A stretch of DNA of 63,917 nucleotides, filler included, from Pirum gemmata (lineage: Eukaryota): the NCBI GenBank assembly GCA_002812295.1. It is 16 parts of 16 records of this genome, joined end to end, with 100 filler letters (N's around TTAATTAATTAA, not from the genome) between each part and the next. Parts side by side here need not be neighbours in the genome. Positions count along the whole stretch, not along the records: positions 48,845 to 52,589 come from PDIN01002037.1; positions 52,690 to 56,418 come from PDIN01002038.1; positions 56,519 to 60,267 come from PDIN01002039.1; positions 60,368 to 63,917 come from PDIN01002059.1; 12 more parts are not named here. The stretch is one strand, 5' to 3'. The position numbers and the translations under genes are program-made. Shown here one piece after another: positions 50,950 through 63,550 of this stretch (its first letter is position 1; each line of letters starts with the position of its first letter). The notes beneath the pieces were generated by a model. It did not search any database and was not told where the DNA came from. It saw nothing but the letters and a program-made list of their open reading frames with translations.

Positions 50950-52135
50950 CGTTTTTTGTTCTTTTAGGACTTCTATCTTTTTAAGATTTTATGCTCACCA
51001 TTTATAAACATTTCATTTATTCTTAAGGAATTCTGTAAGGCAAGATGTATATTAATTTAAAATTTCCCCTCTTTCAGTAAATTACTAGTAGCACCCATTA
51101 ATTTTTGTGCTTCGGCAATATTATTTTCACTTGTTTGTAAATTTTCAATTCCAGTACTGGTGATCGACATTTATTGTATTAATATTAAAGGTAATAAATT
51201 TAATATATAGCACCACATTGTGGAGCATCATCATAACTTTTAATGGTATTCCACAGTTCATGAAAATTACCACTTTTAATCGTATTAAGTTCATTATTAT
51301 AATAATATTCAATTTGTAGTTCATTTCGTATTCTTTTTTGACTTTCAAGGTCATTCAAATTACCTTTTTTATACTCGTCTATCATATTATTTACTTTTTT
51401 AATGTAAATACATTTCTCTATACATTTACGCCCAAGTTCCGAAGATTCTTTTCGAGTATTCTCATTTCATTAATAAAAAAAATATCTTCATTAAGTGTTG
51501 CTTTGTTTTTAATATTGTTATAATATTGATTTTGAAATTTTAAAACATTTTCATAGATTGAATAAAGATTAAGTAAAAAATAATGCCAAAAATTAAGAAA
51601 GGTGCTCGTGTTTATGCTAAAACATAAACACGAGCACCTTTCTTAATTTTTTGCATTATTTTTTACTTAATCTCTCTCACTGATTTTGACTTTCTGAAAA
51701 AAATAATGATAATATAAAAAAACCCATGAATTTTCAAAAATAATTTTAATGGTGTTATTTACACTATGAGAGAGACTTAGAAAAAAAAAAAAAATACAAG
51801 GGTCCGAACGGACCCATTCGGCGAGTTATAATTAAATTTATCATTTTCTTGCTTGAAACATTCTACTAATTGTTTTTGAGTATCAGGAGTATTAATAATA
51901 ATTTTAGTAAAAGCTGATCCTGTGATAAGAATAATAACTGGTGTGCTAACAAGATCGTTCATTACTTCAGTGCTGTCTTCTTGATTTTCAGTTACTCTAT
52001 TTAATTAAAGTATTATTCAGGTTATAAGCTTCCCCATTCTTATTTGGTGACATCGCTATTAATAGTTTTTGACTTGCTTCTTCAGCATTATAATAACAGT
52101 TGTCTTCTCAACTTCTTTGCTTTTTTTCTTCATCT
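50950..52135 (-). pseudogene. Decayed intronless coding region interrupted by a transposon-end fragment (51566-51830)
   Basis: Protein-like fragments (MNDLVSTPV.., MIDEYKKG.., GIENLQTSENNIAEAQKLMG) with stops; poly-dA:dT tract upstream. Confidence 0.4.
51566..51830. mobile_element. Transposon-end fragment with GGGTCCG-AA-CGGACCC palindrome, ending in a fold-back hairpin
   Basis: Block ctgattttgactttctgaaaaaaataatgata...gggtccgaacggaccc is shared with 48968-49150; ~51-bp inverted arms at 51566-51673. Confidence 0.6.
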
Positions 52136-52184
52136 GCCCTTTACTTATAAATATATAGTATTATTTCTTTTCATTCCTTTTTTC

Positions 52185-52246
<62 letters not shown>

Positions 52247-53098
52247 AAGATACCAGTAGGTATGTACAAGTGTGATTCATTAATTATGATATAATTAATT
52301 TATAAATTCTTTTATTATTACGTTTACTATTATATTAATTGCTATATTATATATATAAATGATATCAATTATAATGTTATTTAAGTTTTAATAGAAACGT
52401 TACGATTTATTATAACAATATATAATATATTAATGTATAATAATAATAGTAATAATGATAATAATAGTGATAATAATAATAGTATTAATAATAATAATAA
52501 TAAATTAATAATAATATTAATAATAATGAGTTTTTTTAAAAAAACAAAGATAAGTATGTATAAGTATGATATTGATTCATTATGATATANNNNNNNNNNN
52601 NNNNNNNNNNNNNNNNNNNNNNNNNNNNNNNNNTTAATTAATTAANNNNNNNNNNNNNNNNNNNNNNNNNNNNNNNNNNNNNNNNNNNNGACCCCTGACC
52701 CCTGACCCCTATTAAACCCCTAACCTCTGACCCCTCAACAGATCTCAACATTACCTTTTAATCTATATTATTATATCATGAGATCTACGTAGAGATAGAC
52801 CGTTATGACACTGTTATGACCCATTTTTTTCCACCACCTCAGAATCCTAACTGTTTTTCTAAATATAGTTATGTATATTTTAGTGCTGAATACCGGTATG
52901 ATAAATTAAGCTAAAAAAAGTAAATTTAGAGTATGAAATAGGAAAGAAAAAAACCAAAAAAAATAGTCTATAGAAAAAAATTGTCTAGAAAAAAAAAAAG
53001 CATGTTTTAGTTAATTAATTAATTAAGTTTTAGTTATAACACTATGTGGGTTTTAAACAGTTTTAAAACATATATCGATACATTTTAATATAATAAAA

Positions 53099-54120
53099 TT
53101 ATTCTGCTACTATTTCCATAGGGACTGGACCTTCATTTACACATCTATTTTGAAAATTTACCAAATAGAAATAAATTTTTGATACTTCGTTTATCATTGG
53201 CATCATATTCACGTCAACTTCACCCCTAATTATTGCAAACCTCTTTGCTCTAGCAATAACTCTTTCAGTATGTATTCTTGCAGATACTATTTTGACTGTT
53301 TGTTTGTGGTTTTCATCACTATTCATTTTAACCCCTTTTATGCAACATGGGCATTAAATTAGTGTAAGAATACACTGCTATAATAAGCAAATTTAATAGC
53401 GCTTTTTATTAATAAATTTAATTCTTAAATTTTTTATTTTAAAAGTCTTATTTTTAATTATTTATAATTATTTGTTCACTTTTTCTTATTCTTTCATTTT
53501 AAAATCTTAGTATTAATATTTATATATTTTTAACATCCTTGTTATCCGAATTATTAAGGANTAATAATAATAATAATAATAATAATAATATTGATAAAAT
53601 TATTACTAATATAGAAATGAAGACATAAATTTACACTAATTATAAAAATAACACTAATATAGAAACAGATCAATGAACAATAGCCAATCATATACTCGGG
53701 TTAGTCATGCTATTACATTAGCGATTTCGAAGCCCTTGTCAACCGTTACTAAACTACCTTTCCATAATTTACCAAACAGCTCCTTTTGATATTTTGTAGT
53801 TATGTCCCTATCACTTATTCCTCCAGGATGACAATCTGAGACAAAAGTTACATGTCCAGTAGAGGAGATTCCAACAAGAATTTTTAAAGTGTTGTGATGT
53901 TTATACTCAGACCAGGATGCACTTTGAAGTTCTCTTGAAGAAGGTGTGTTTATGAAAAGTTCTGTGGCATCAATTATCAAAGCTGTGGTAAGATATTTTT
54001 CTCTAAAGCATTTTAACATACCTTTATCAATGAAGCTTTTGCACAACATATTTTCTGGATTAAAAGAAGGATGAAAAGGAGACCACTGAACCTGATTATG
54101 AAGCACTTTTACTTTATTGC
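53099..54120 (-). mobile_element. ISL2EU-type (PIF/Harbinger clan, DDE_Tnp_4) transposase pseudogene with one intron
   Basis: IIDATELFINTPS, WSEYKHHNTLKILVGI, GGISDRDIT, VDKGF, SARIHTERVIARAK. Intron 53695-53378 (gtatat..atag); nonsense codons at 53707 and 53356. Confidence 0.9.
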
Positions 54121-54242
54121 GTGTTAGTAGGTTGTGATTACACTAAATTTTTGCATGGAAAGGAAAAAAATAGTTCTGCATCTTCTGCATCTACAAACAC
54201 ACCTGCTAGTACAGCTACTACTACAGTTACTACTAGTACTAG

Positions 54243-54312
<70 letters not shown>

Positions 54313-54499
54313 GCATCTTCTACTACTGCTACTGCTACAACAAAAAAAAGAAAGCCAAGGGCTAAAAAAAAAGACACGACGTCGACTATAACATCTTTAT
54401 TCGGTTAGGGTCACGCTAAAGTTCGAAGTTATGTAATAAAATTAAAAGAAGCACGCCAAATATATATAGAAGAATCACCATAATTATGATGCTGACGAT

Positions 54500-55760
54500 A
54501 AAAGTTTTCATAGCTTGATTGATTTCTTTTTCAGTGAAAATAATAAGGTGTTTAAGTTTACTGAGAAAATAAAGAAGCATTTGAAAATAGGAATTGACTC
54601 TTTTCAAAATGGGCTTGTGTTTACCCTTGACAATACACAATGCATTGTTTTAAAAGGTGAATTATGTGATAGTAATGGCGTACAAATAAGAAGAAGTAAA
54701 TGTATAGGCTATGCAACTGGTTGTTATGACCCCGCTCAGATTTGTCAGTTTTCAAACAAATAACAGCTGAGGGGAATGTAACAGGTATTAGCGACACATT
54801 TGGAGTGCCTTATTCAACTATTTTATTTAAAAGAAACTAGCCAGATATTATAATAAATGCTTTACGAAACCATTAACAATAGTGCAAAATTAATAATGAA
54901 TTTTATTGGAAATAATACACTGGAAAAAGCTATGGCTAAAGTCAGAACGAGCTTGTCCAAGTTCCATAGGGTGGGGAATAAGAATACTAGCAGAGTAACT
55001 GTAAATGGTGATAAATATTGATATGAAGTATTTCGTTTGAAGGTACATGGATCTATTCCAAGGTCAATGAGAGCAGCTTTTTATGGGTGTTATATTATTT
55101 GCCTTTTAAAATGAAGAATTATTTATCTATCGAGCAATATGGACCTTACTTATATGATCTTGAAATAGAATATGCTTATTGTCCTTGTGCTATGGGTAAA
55201 AACGGAAAATGTAGTCATGTCGGTGGATTGTTATTGCTGGTTTGTTATCACCGACTCTGGCGTAAAGACCCAGACAAGTACAAAACTTGCACTGAAATTC
55301 AATGTCAGTTTAATATTCCCGGTGATAGTAAAAAAGAAGCAAGAGCTGTACCAATTACCGATTGGGATATCGTCAAACCAAAAACTTTACACAATGAAAT
55401 GCAAGGTGGTCGAAAGAGGAGACGTAGTTCTTTTTCGGTGATAGAGTTGAAAAAAGGTAGAAAAAGAACTGAGTATGATAAGAAAGATAACCACGAATCT
55501 TTAAAAAAGATGTTTTATAAATTTTATTAGACGGTGTTATTCCTCACATAGTTCAAAATAGTACTCCATGACGTAGTTTGTGAATTATCAATCAACAGCA
55601 AACACCACAAACACCACAGACACCAGTTGCTCAAACACAAACACCACAAACACCGCAAATACCAGTTGCTCAAACACAAATACCACAAACACCACAAACA
55701 CCACAAACACCACAAACACCGGTTGCTCAAACACAAACCCCACAAACACCATATCCATAT
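54500..55760 (+). pseudogene. SWIM zinc-finger accessory ORF of the ISL2EU-type element (disrupted)
   Basis: PRSMRAAFY..., AYCPCAMGKNGKCSHVGGLL (CxC-x7-CxH) and TCTEIQCQFNIP, then QTP repeats. Divergent from the transposase, as expected for ISL2EU. Confidence 0.8.
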
Positions 55761-57018
55761 AAACCAAATTATTACACAACAAACACAAGTATTATAAACA
55801 CGACAAACACAAGTACTACAAACACAACAAACACAAATGCTATAAACACTATAACATAATGATAATAATAATGATAATGATAATAATGATAACAATGATA
55901 ACAATGATATTAATAATAATACTACAATAGTCTTATTAGTCTATAATCTCCTCTATAGACTATTGTCATAATATTATGTTCCTTAGTACAAAATAAAAAT
56001 AAAAAATATATATTTGGCTACAAAAAGTACTATTTTTGTTAACTATAATAACATAAATGGTGCATATATAGCTATATATGCAAAATTTGGGAGATAACTA
56101 TTGGCTGCAACACCCCACAATAAAAAATAGTCCAACAAAAAACCTTATAACCATTTTTTTTTTTATATGACATACGTCAAAAAATGCATGATTAGACTGT
56201 CTAACCAGGTCTAACCAGTGTCTAACCATTTGTGGTGGTAACTAACTACTACTATGGTGAGTCTTTTTGTACATCTAAAATGGAGAAAAATATATTTCTC
56301 TAGCTAGCTAGATTGGCTTTTAACCATTTCAGATTTATATTCTATGTTCATAGAATACGTCTAGGCACCCATAGTTTTTTTTTTTTTAATTTTTTTTTAT
56401 TTTTTTTTTTTTTTTTATNNNNNNNNNNNNNNNNNNNNNNNNNNNNNNNNNNNNNNNNNNNNTTAATTAATTAANNNNNNNNNNNNNNNNNNNNNNNNNN
56501 NNNNNNNNNNNNNNNNNNTAATAATAATAATAATAATAATAATAGAACAATAGCAATAATAATAACAATATTAAATAATAACAATTAAAATATTAATAAT
56601 AAAAGATATATAATTATATTTTAAAATATTATTATACTTTTAATTATTATTAATATAGTATTTATATCCACTTTAAATAATGAGTACTAATATTAATATA
56701 TATTAATCTTAAAAAATTTTATAAACCAATTGCAATTAAGAGATGATTTAAAAGTTAGTGAGTTATCGTGTTTTTCAAGTGTTGTCCAGTTTAAAACCTG
56801 AAGTAAACGTACCGAATTATTATTATGGTTAAACTATCAGGCATGTTTTAATTAATTTGGTATTTTATACGTAATGTTGTATTTCATAAAACAGTTCAAT
56901 TATACACTTAAACAGTACCAAATTAGAAATTGAGAGGAAAACTGTAATGAAGTAGACGATAATGCAAGCACCACGCCCTGGTTTGATTTTCTTCGATTTC
57001 AACATTACGGCTCAATAC

Positions 57019-57186
57019 CTTACCCTAACCCTAACCCTAACCCTAACCCTACTAACTAACCCTAACCCTAACCCTAACCTTAACCTTAAAACCCTAACCC
57101 TAACCCTAACCTTAACCCTAACCCTAACCCTAACATTAACCCTAACCCTAACCCTAACATTAACCCTAACATTAACCCTAACCCTT
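57019..57186 (-). repeat. Interstitial (CCCTAA)n tract
   Basis: Direct reading; a further degenerate tract at 59262-59530. Confidence 0.9.
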
Positions 57187-57546
57187 AGCTCTGGTACTAT
57201 TGATACTACTAGCCTATTGTAGCCCTGCTATGACATTTATTATATAATAATAAATAAGAATGATTTATAACTATTAATACGTATGATAAAGACTATTTTT
57301 TTTTAACCACCAAGTCGGATAAAAATGGCGACATCTGCAATCGTATATGAGCTCAAAAATCCAAAAAATATGAAAATGACTCAATAATAATAAAAGTAAT
57401 ATAACTAAAAAAACTCTATTATGAGCCAATTGCTAGTTTTTAAAAATAATTTGGCTAGTTAAGATTAAAGATTTTTAGTAAATAAGTCTAAAAAAAAAAA
57501 AAGGATTTTTCCAGTTTTATCCAAAAAAAAAAAAAATTAAAAAACG

Positions 57547-57605
<59 letters not shown>

Positions 57606-57610
57606 TAAAA

Positions 57611-57665
<55 letters not shown>

Positions 57666-57950
57666 TCTCTGGTGTTGTATCGATATCATACGATAGTCTC
57701 TGGTCTACTAGACTACTACTAGCTAGTAGTAGTAGAGGAGGGGTGAAGTGGAAGGCTATTCGCCACTTCGCAGTTACCATAAATAGTATTTATATAGCTA
57801 TAAATAGTAGCGCCTTCAATTAGTAAAATGACGTCATCCCATCCCTCCTACTACTAGCTAGCTAGCAGCTAGCTAGCTAGCTATTGACGATCACATGATA
57901 TTCGAGTACTCTAACAAAAGTTCGAGTTTACAAACTAACAAAACTTTTAA

Positions 57951-58183
57951 CAGCCAAGCTAGAAAAACATTGCGACATCTGTCATATGAGCTCAAAATCC
58001 AAAAATCTTAAAATACTCCAATTTTATTAAAAGTACTACCAAATTTTGAAAGATTGAATAAATAAGAAAAATCTATCATGGACCAATTTCTTTTAACCAA
58101 TGGCCAGTTTTTAAAAATAATTTGGATAGTTTAATAGCAGAAAAGATCTACAACTAGCTCTACTGTTTTATCCGGCTTGGCTG
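57951..58183. mobile_element. TTAA-flanked MITE (same family as 229-481)
   Basis: cagccaagc / gcttggctg ends with TTAA at 57947-57950 and 58184-58187. Confidence 0.8.
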
Positions 58184-60566
58184 TTAAAAAAAAAAAAGGT
58201 AAAAAAAAAACCGAGCTTTAAAAAGTCGAGCTCACCTAAAAATAAAAAAAGGTGATTGGGTGAGAAATTATTTTTCAATGATTAATGAATTCCTACAACT
58301 GACTCGACTCGTCTATTTTTATTTTGAGGATTATTCAAATAATACGTCACGTCAAGGGGTAGGTAGGTAGGTGGTATTTGACGGAAATTAATGTCGAGGG
58401 GTAGGTAGGTAGGGGTATTTGAAGCTGTATTTGACTGGAAATTGGTGTTACATACTAATTTATTAATAATTTTAGTAAATAGATTCGAATAGATTTTTAA
58501 TAAATATAATTTTTTCGAAGTATTGCTCGAAACTATTTTACCTTTTTAAAAACTAAATTATTAATTTTAGTAATAGATTCGAATAGATTTTTAATAAATA
58601 TAATTTTTTCGAAGTATCGCTCGAAAATATTTTATCTATTTTTAGTTTCGAGCCGGCTATGCCATAGCAAAGTCATATCGATATCGAATCATCGATAGCA
58701 AGCATTTTTATTTATCATAAAAAACAATAAATAGTACCAAATTAATACAATATAAATCCATTTCATTTAATTGGGTATATTTTATTATATATTTATTTAT
58801 TTAAAAGTATCAATTTAAATATTATAAACAGCCAAATAAATATTCAGAGTGACAAAATAAATGAAAAGCACAAAAGTAGCTAGTAGTAATGGGCTCTGGT
58901 CTGTCTCTCCTCTCTAGCTAGCTAGGGGGTGTTCAAATAATACGTTACGTCAAGGGGTAGGTAGTTAGGTGCTATTTGACCGGAAATTAACGTCGAGGGN
59001 TTTGTTGTTTGTTGTTTGTTGTTTGTTGTTTGTTGTTTGTTGTTTGTTGTTTGTTGTTTGTTGTAAATGTTTGTTGTTTGTTGTTTATTGTTTGTTTTTA
59101 TAATTATTATAATACTACATTATTAGCTATAGACTTAAAAGTACTTTAATTAATAGGGTTGTTCAATCGTACATGTTGGAAAATAAGTAACTTCGAGTTC
59201 ATTAATTAAATTGAATGATGAACGACTATTAATTATATCGAAAATTATTGGATTTTTGAAATAACCCTAACCCCCAACACCCCCCAACCCTAACCCCAAC
59301 ACTCCCCGACCTTAACCCCAACCCTAACCCCAAACCCTAACCCCAACCCTAACCCCAAACCCAAACCCCAAACAGCACCCCAAACCCAAACCCTAACCCT
59401 AATATAACCCTAAACCCAAACCCTAACCCTATTAAAACCCAAACCCTAACTCTAAAACTAACCCTAACTCTAAAACTAACCCTAATGGACTCCTAACGGG
59501 GGGGGGGCTATTTGGGGGGGCTAACCCTAAACATAAAAGAATAATCCGTTTTGAGTTTTTTATGTGTTTTTTGCTATCATAGCTCGAAAATATGCAACTT
59601 TCGAGAAAGTATTTTTATGTATTTTTTCAAGAAGTTCAATTTTTTGAACTCCTTGATTTTTTTCACAAATAATTTATATCGTGCTTCTCTCTAGACTAGA
59701 ATGCTACTAGAATGTCAACAAAAAAAAAAAAAAAAGAATTTTATTTTTATTTTTATTAACTAGACTACCAAGGCGACATCCACCATATGAGCTAAAAAAT
59801 ATCAAAATAAACCAATTTTAAATAAAAGTACTACCAAATAAATTAATTAATAAAACTCCAGTTTGGACCAATGGCTAGTTTTTAAACCTTTTTTGGCTAG
59901 TTAACATGAAAGGCTTTTAGAAAAGAAGTCTAAAAAAAAAAATTAAAATTCTACAGTTTTTTCCGGTTTAGCTGTTAAAAAAAAATTCTTTCTAGCTAGA
60001 CGTCTATCGTAATACTACTATACCCTGGTTTTAGGGGGGATGATCCCGGAGATCATCTGTCTTTTAAGTATTGTCAAATTTGGCTTAATATATTAGTTAA
60101 TTGGTACTATTTATTTGCAATGGTTCATATATATATATATATATAAATATGAAAAATATTTATTTTGGTATGTAGTAATTCTTTTTAGGCATGTTTAATT
60201 TAAAATTATGACGTCATATTAAAAGTAAGCCACCTTACTAATAGTGTCTTCGATAAAAAAAAAAAAANNNNNNNNNNNNNNNNNNNNNNNNNNNNNNNNN
60301 NNNNNNNNNNNTTAATTAATTAANNNNNNNNNNNNNNNNNNNNNNNNNNNNNNNNNNNNNNNNNNNNAACCCTAACCCTAACCCTAAACCCCCTAAACAA
60401 GGACAAATATGAGCCGATGCGGTGACCCAAGTTTTCTTTTCCACACCCATTGCATTTCGGGTTTTAACTAGTCTTGGCTCTTATAATAACCCCAACCCCA
60501 ACCCCGACCCTAACCCCACCCCAACCCTAATCCCCTAACCCCTAACCTCTAACCCCCCTAAACAAG

Positions 60567-61845
60567 GTCAAATATGGGCCGATGCGGTGACCCAAGTTTT
60601 CTTTTCCACGTCCATTGCATTTGGGGTTTTAACTAGTTATGGCTCTTATAATAAGCCTAGCTCAGATGTAGTTCAAAATGCTTTTATCATTGCCATTAGT
60701 GATGGGTTTTTTAGTTTCATATGTGGATTTGTAGTATTTTCTATGGTTGGACATCTAAGTTATACACTAAATATAGCTTTTGAACACCTTGATGTAAGCG
60801 GTCCAGATTTGGTCTTTGTCACCTTTCCTGCCAGTCTATCCTTAATAAAAGGTGCATCTGCAAACGCCTTTTGTTTGATATTTTATTTAGCTTTCTTTAT
60901 GTTAGGAATCGATAGTTCTTTTTCTTTAGTCGAAGCAATTATTTCTAATTTGCAAGAGTTAAAGTTTTTTCAAAATTTCCAACGCAGGATTTTATTAGTT
61001 GGAGTGTGTGTGTTAGGGTTTTTGTGTAGTATGGTTTATTGTACTGATGTTGGTTATAAGTTGTTTGTTTTAGTTGATTATTATAGTACTAATATTACTT
61101 TTCTTATTGTTGTGTTTATTGAATCGTTCGCCCTTAGTTTTGTACATAATAAAAAGGAAGTAGATTTAGTAGTGGGTTGTATGTCTAGTCTTATTTGGAC
61201 TATTTCTTTGTATGGATTTTTTTTATTGTTTTTAATTATTGGAGTAGTGATTGAGGGTAAGGTGGAGGATCAGGTTTTTTTTTGTATTGTTTTTCTTATT
61301 GGCACCGTTTTTACCTTGTTTGGAACAGGGGCAGCAGTTTATTTAGGAGGCAAACATTTGTCCAAAACTAATTTAAGTTCTGCTAGTGGTGGTAGTGGTA
61401 CTCATAATAATAATTCTTTGTATTATAATTGTTTTACGGCATTGACTTTTTTAAGTATTGGCCGTGCCCAAAACTTTGCCTCTATAATTAACGATGAAGT
61501 TACTGAAAATAATTCGAACAAAAAATGGAAAGTTAATGTGTTATGGTGTATTATTATTACTTTTTTAGTTCCAGGAGTCTGTGCGTTATTATTAGCTGTC
61601 CAGTTTCGCTCTTTAGCTAGTAAAAATGGTTATTATGGCTATCAAATTGGGTTTCAGTTTATAGGAGTATTTATTATATTGTTTGTTATTGGCGTTATTA
61701 TATTACCTATATTGTTTCCTAGTATTATTAGAGATGACTGTGGTAATAGTGTAGAAAAGCAAAGTGGATTTTCTTTTCATATTCACACTAGTTCCTTTGA
61801 AGGATTTGATATTGAGTGTGACCAAAAGGTGGGTATAAATGTACA

Positions 61846-61876
<31 letters not shown>

Positions 61877-62482
61877 GATGGTGATGATGATGGTGATGGT
61901 GATAATGATAATGATAATGATAATGATAATGATAATGATAATGATAATGATAATGATAATGATAATGATAATGATAATGATAATGATATTGATATTGATA
62001 TTGATAANNNNNNNNNNNNNNNNNNNNNNNNNNNNNNNNNNNNNNNNNNNNNNNNNNNNNNNNNNNNNNNNNNNNNNNNNNNNNNNNNNNNNNNNNNNNN
62101 NNNNNNNNNNATAATGATAATGATAATGATAATGATATTGATATTGATATTGATAATGATAATGATAATGATAATGATAATGATAATGATAATGATAATG
62201 ATAATGATAATGATAATGATAATGATAATGATAATGGTAAGGATAATGGTAATGGTAACGATAATGATAATGATAATGATAATGATGATAAGAATGATAA
62301 ACATACTTCTAAGTAGTTATAAATGTGATAGTAAAAGTAAGTATGACGATGATGATGATGATGATGTAAATAGTAATAACAAAAGGAGTAATGATAATAT
62401 TAAAAAAGGTAATGAAATAATTGGGAGGGGATATGCGGGGGAAACAACCGAATCGAAACTTTGGAAGTTTTTTCGAATCTAA
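60567..62482 (+). CDS. Sodium:neurotransmitter symporter (SLC6/NSS) family transporter, C-terminal part from TM6
   Basis: IWADAVTQVFFS..GVLTSYGSYN, SGPDLVFVTFP, FFMLGIDSSFSLVEAI. Acceptor at 60565-60566. The frame and true stop after the N gap (62008-62110) are uncertain. Confidence 0.92.
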
Positions 62483-62610
62483 TTTTAAGTACTCGGGTGT
62501 GGGTGTGGGTGTGGGATTTTTGATTTCATCAAAAAATTCTTCGAAATTCAACTCTTTAATTTGAATAAAATCGTTTTCATATTCAGCGTTGTGTATGGCT
62601 TGATTTTGAA

Positions 62611-63012
62611 ACCTAACCCTAACCCTAACCCTAACCCTACCCTAACCCTAACCAAACCCTAACCCTAACCCTAACCCTAACCCTAACCCTAACCCTAACC
62701 CTAACCCTAACCCCAACCTAACCAAACCCTACCCTAACCCTACTACTACTACTATGTATACGAAGTTGTTGAATTGTTATTTTTATTGTTATTGTTTATA
62801 TCATTTCAGTGCTAGTCTGTAATAACTATTATTACTACGTACGAAGTTGTTGAATATAAATAGCAAATTCTTTTAAATCTCCTTCAAGATAACTAATGTT
62901 CAACTCATTTTGAACCCTAACCCTAACCCTAACCCTAACCCTAACCCTAACCCTAACCCTAACCCTAACCCTAACCCTAACCCTAACCCTAACCCTAACC
63001 CTACCCTAACCC
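62611..63012 (-). repeat. Two (CCCTAA)n tracts interleaved with partial copies of the RING gene 3' end
   Basis: Tracts at 62611-62741 and 62915-63012. Confidence 0.9.
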
Positions 63013-63127
63013 TACTACTACTACTATGTATACGAAGTTGTTGAATTGTTATTTGTATTGTTATTGTTTATATGATATCAGTGTTAGTCTATATTATAAT
63101 AATAAAATTATTATGATACGACTACTA

Positions 63128-63513
63128 TTACATACGAATTCGAAGTTGTTGAATATAAACAGCAAATTCTTTTAAATCTCTTTCAAAATAATTCATAAAA
63201 CGTTCCACTCTTTGAATAAAATTGTTTTCATCTTCAGCATTTCGTGCAGCTTCGTTTTGAATATAAGGATAAATAGCACCAATATAATCTTTAAAATCAT
63301 TCAAATACCTTGCAAAAGCAATACGAGTATATTGTGGAAAATTGCTGTTTAATGTACTTAAGGAAGTAATTGTTGCTCCTATCCCACCCAAAATGTTAGT
63401 ATATTCAAAATCGTCACTTCTTAATAATTCCATTATGTTAATTCTAAAAGTATCTACAAAGACCTCCAGTTCATTTTGTTCTCTATCAATACCCATATTA
63501 TCATCATCATTAC

Positions 63514-63550
<37 letters not shown>

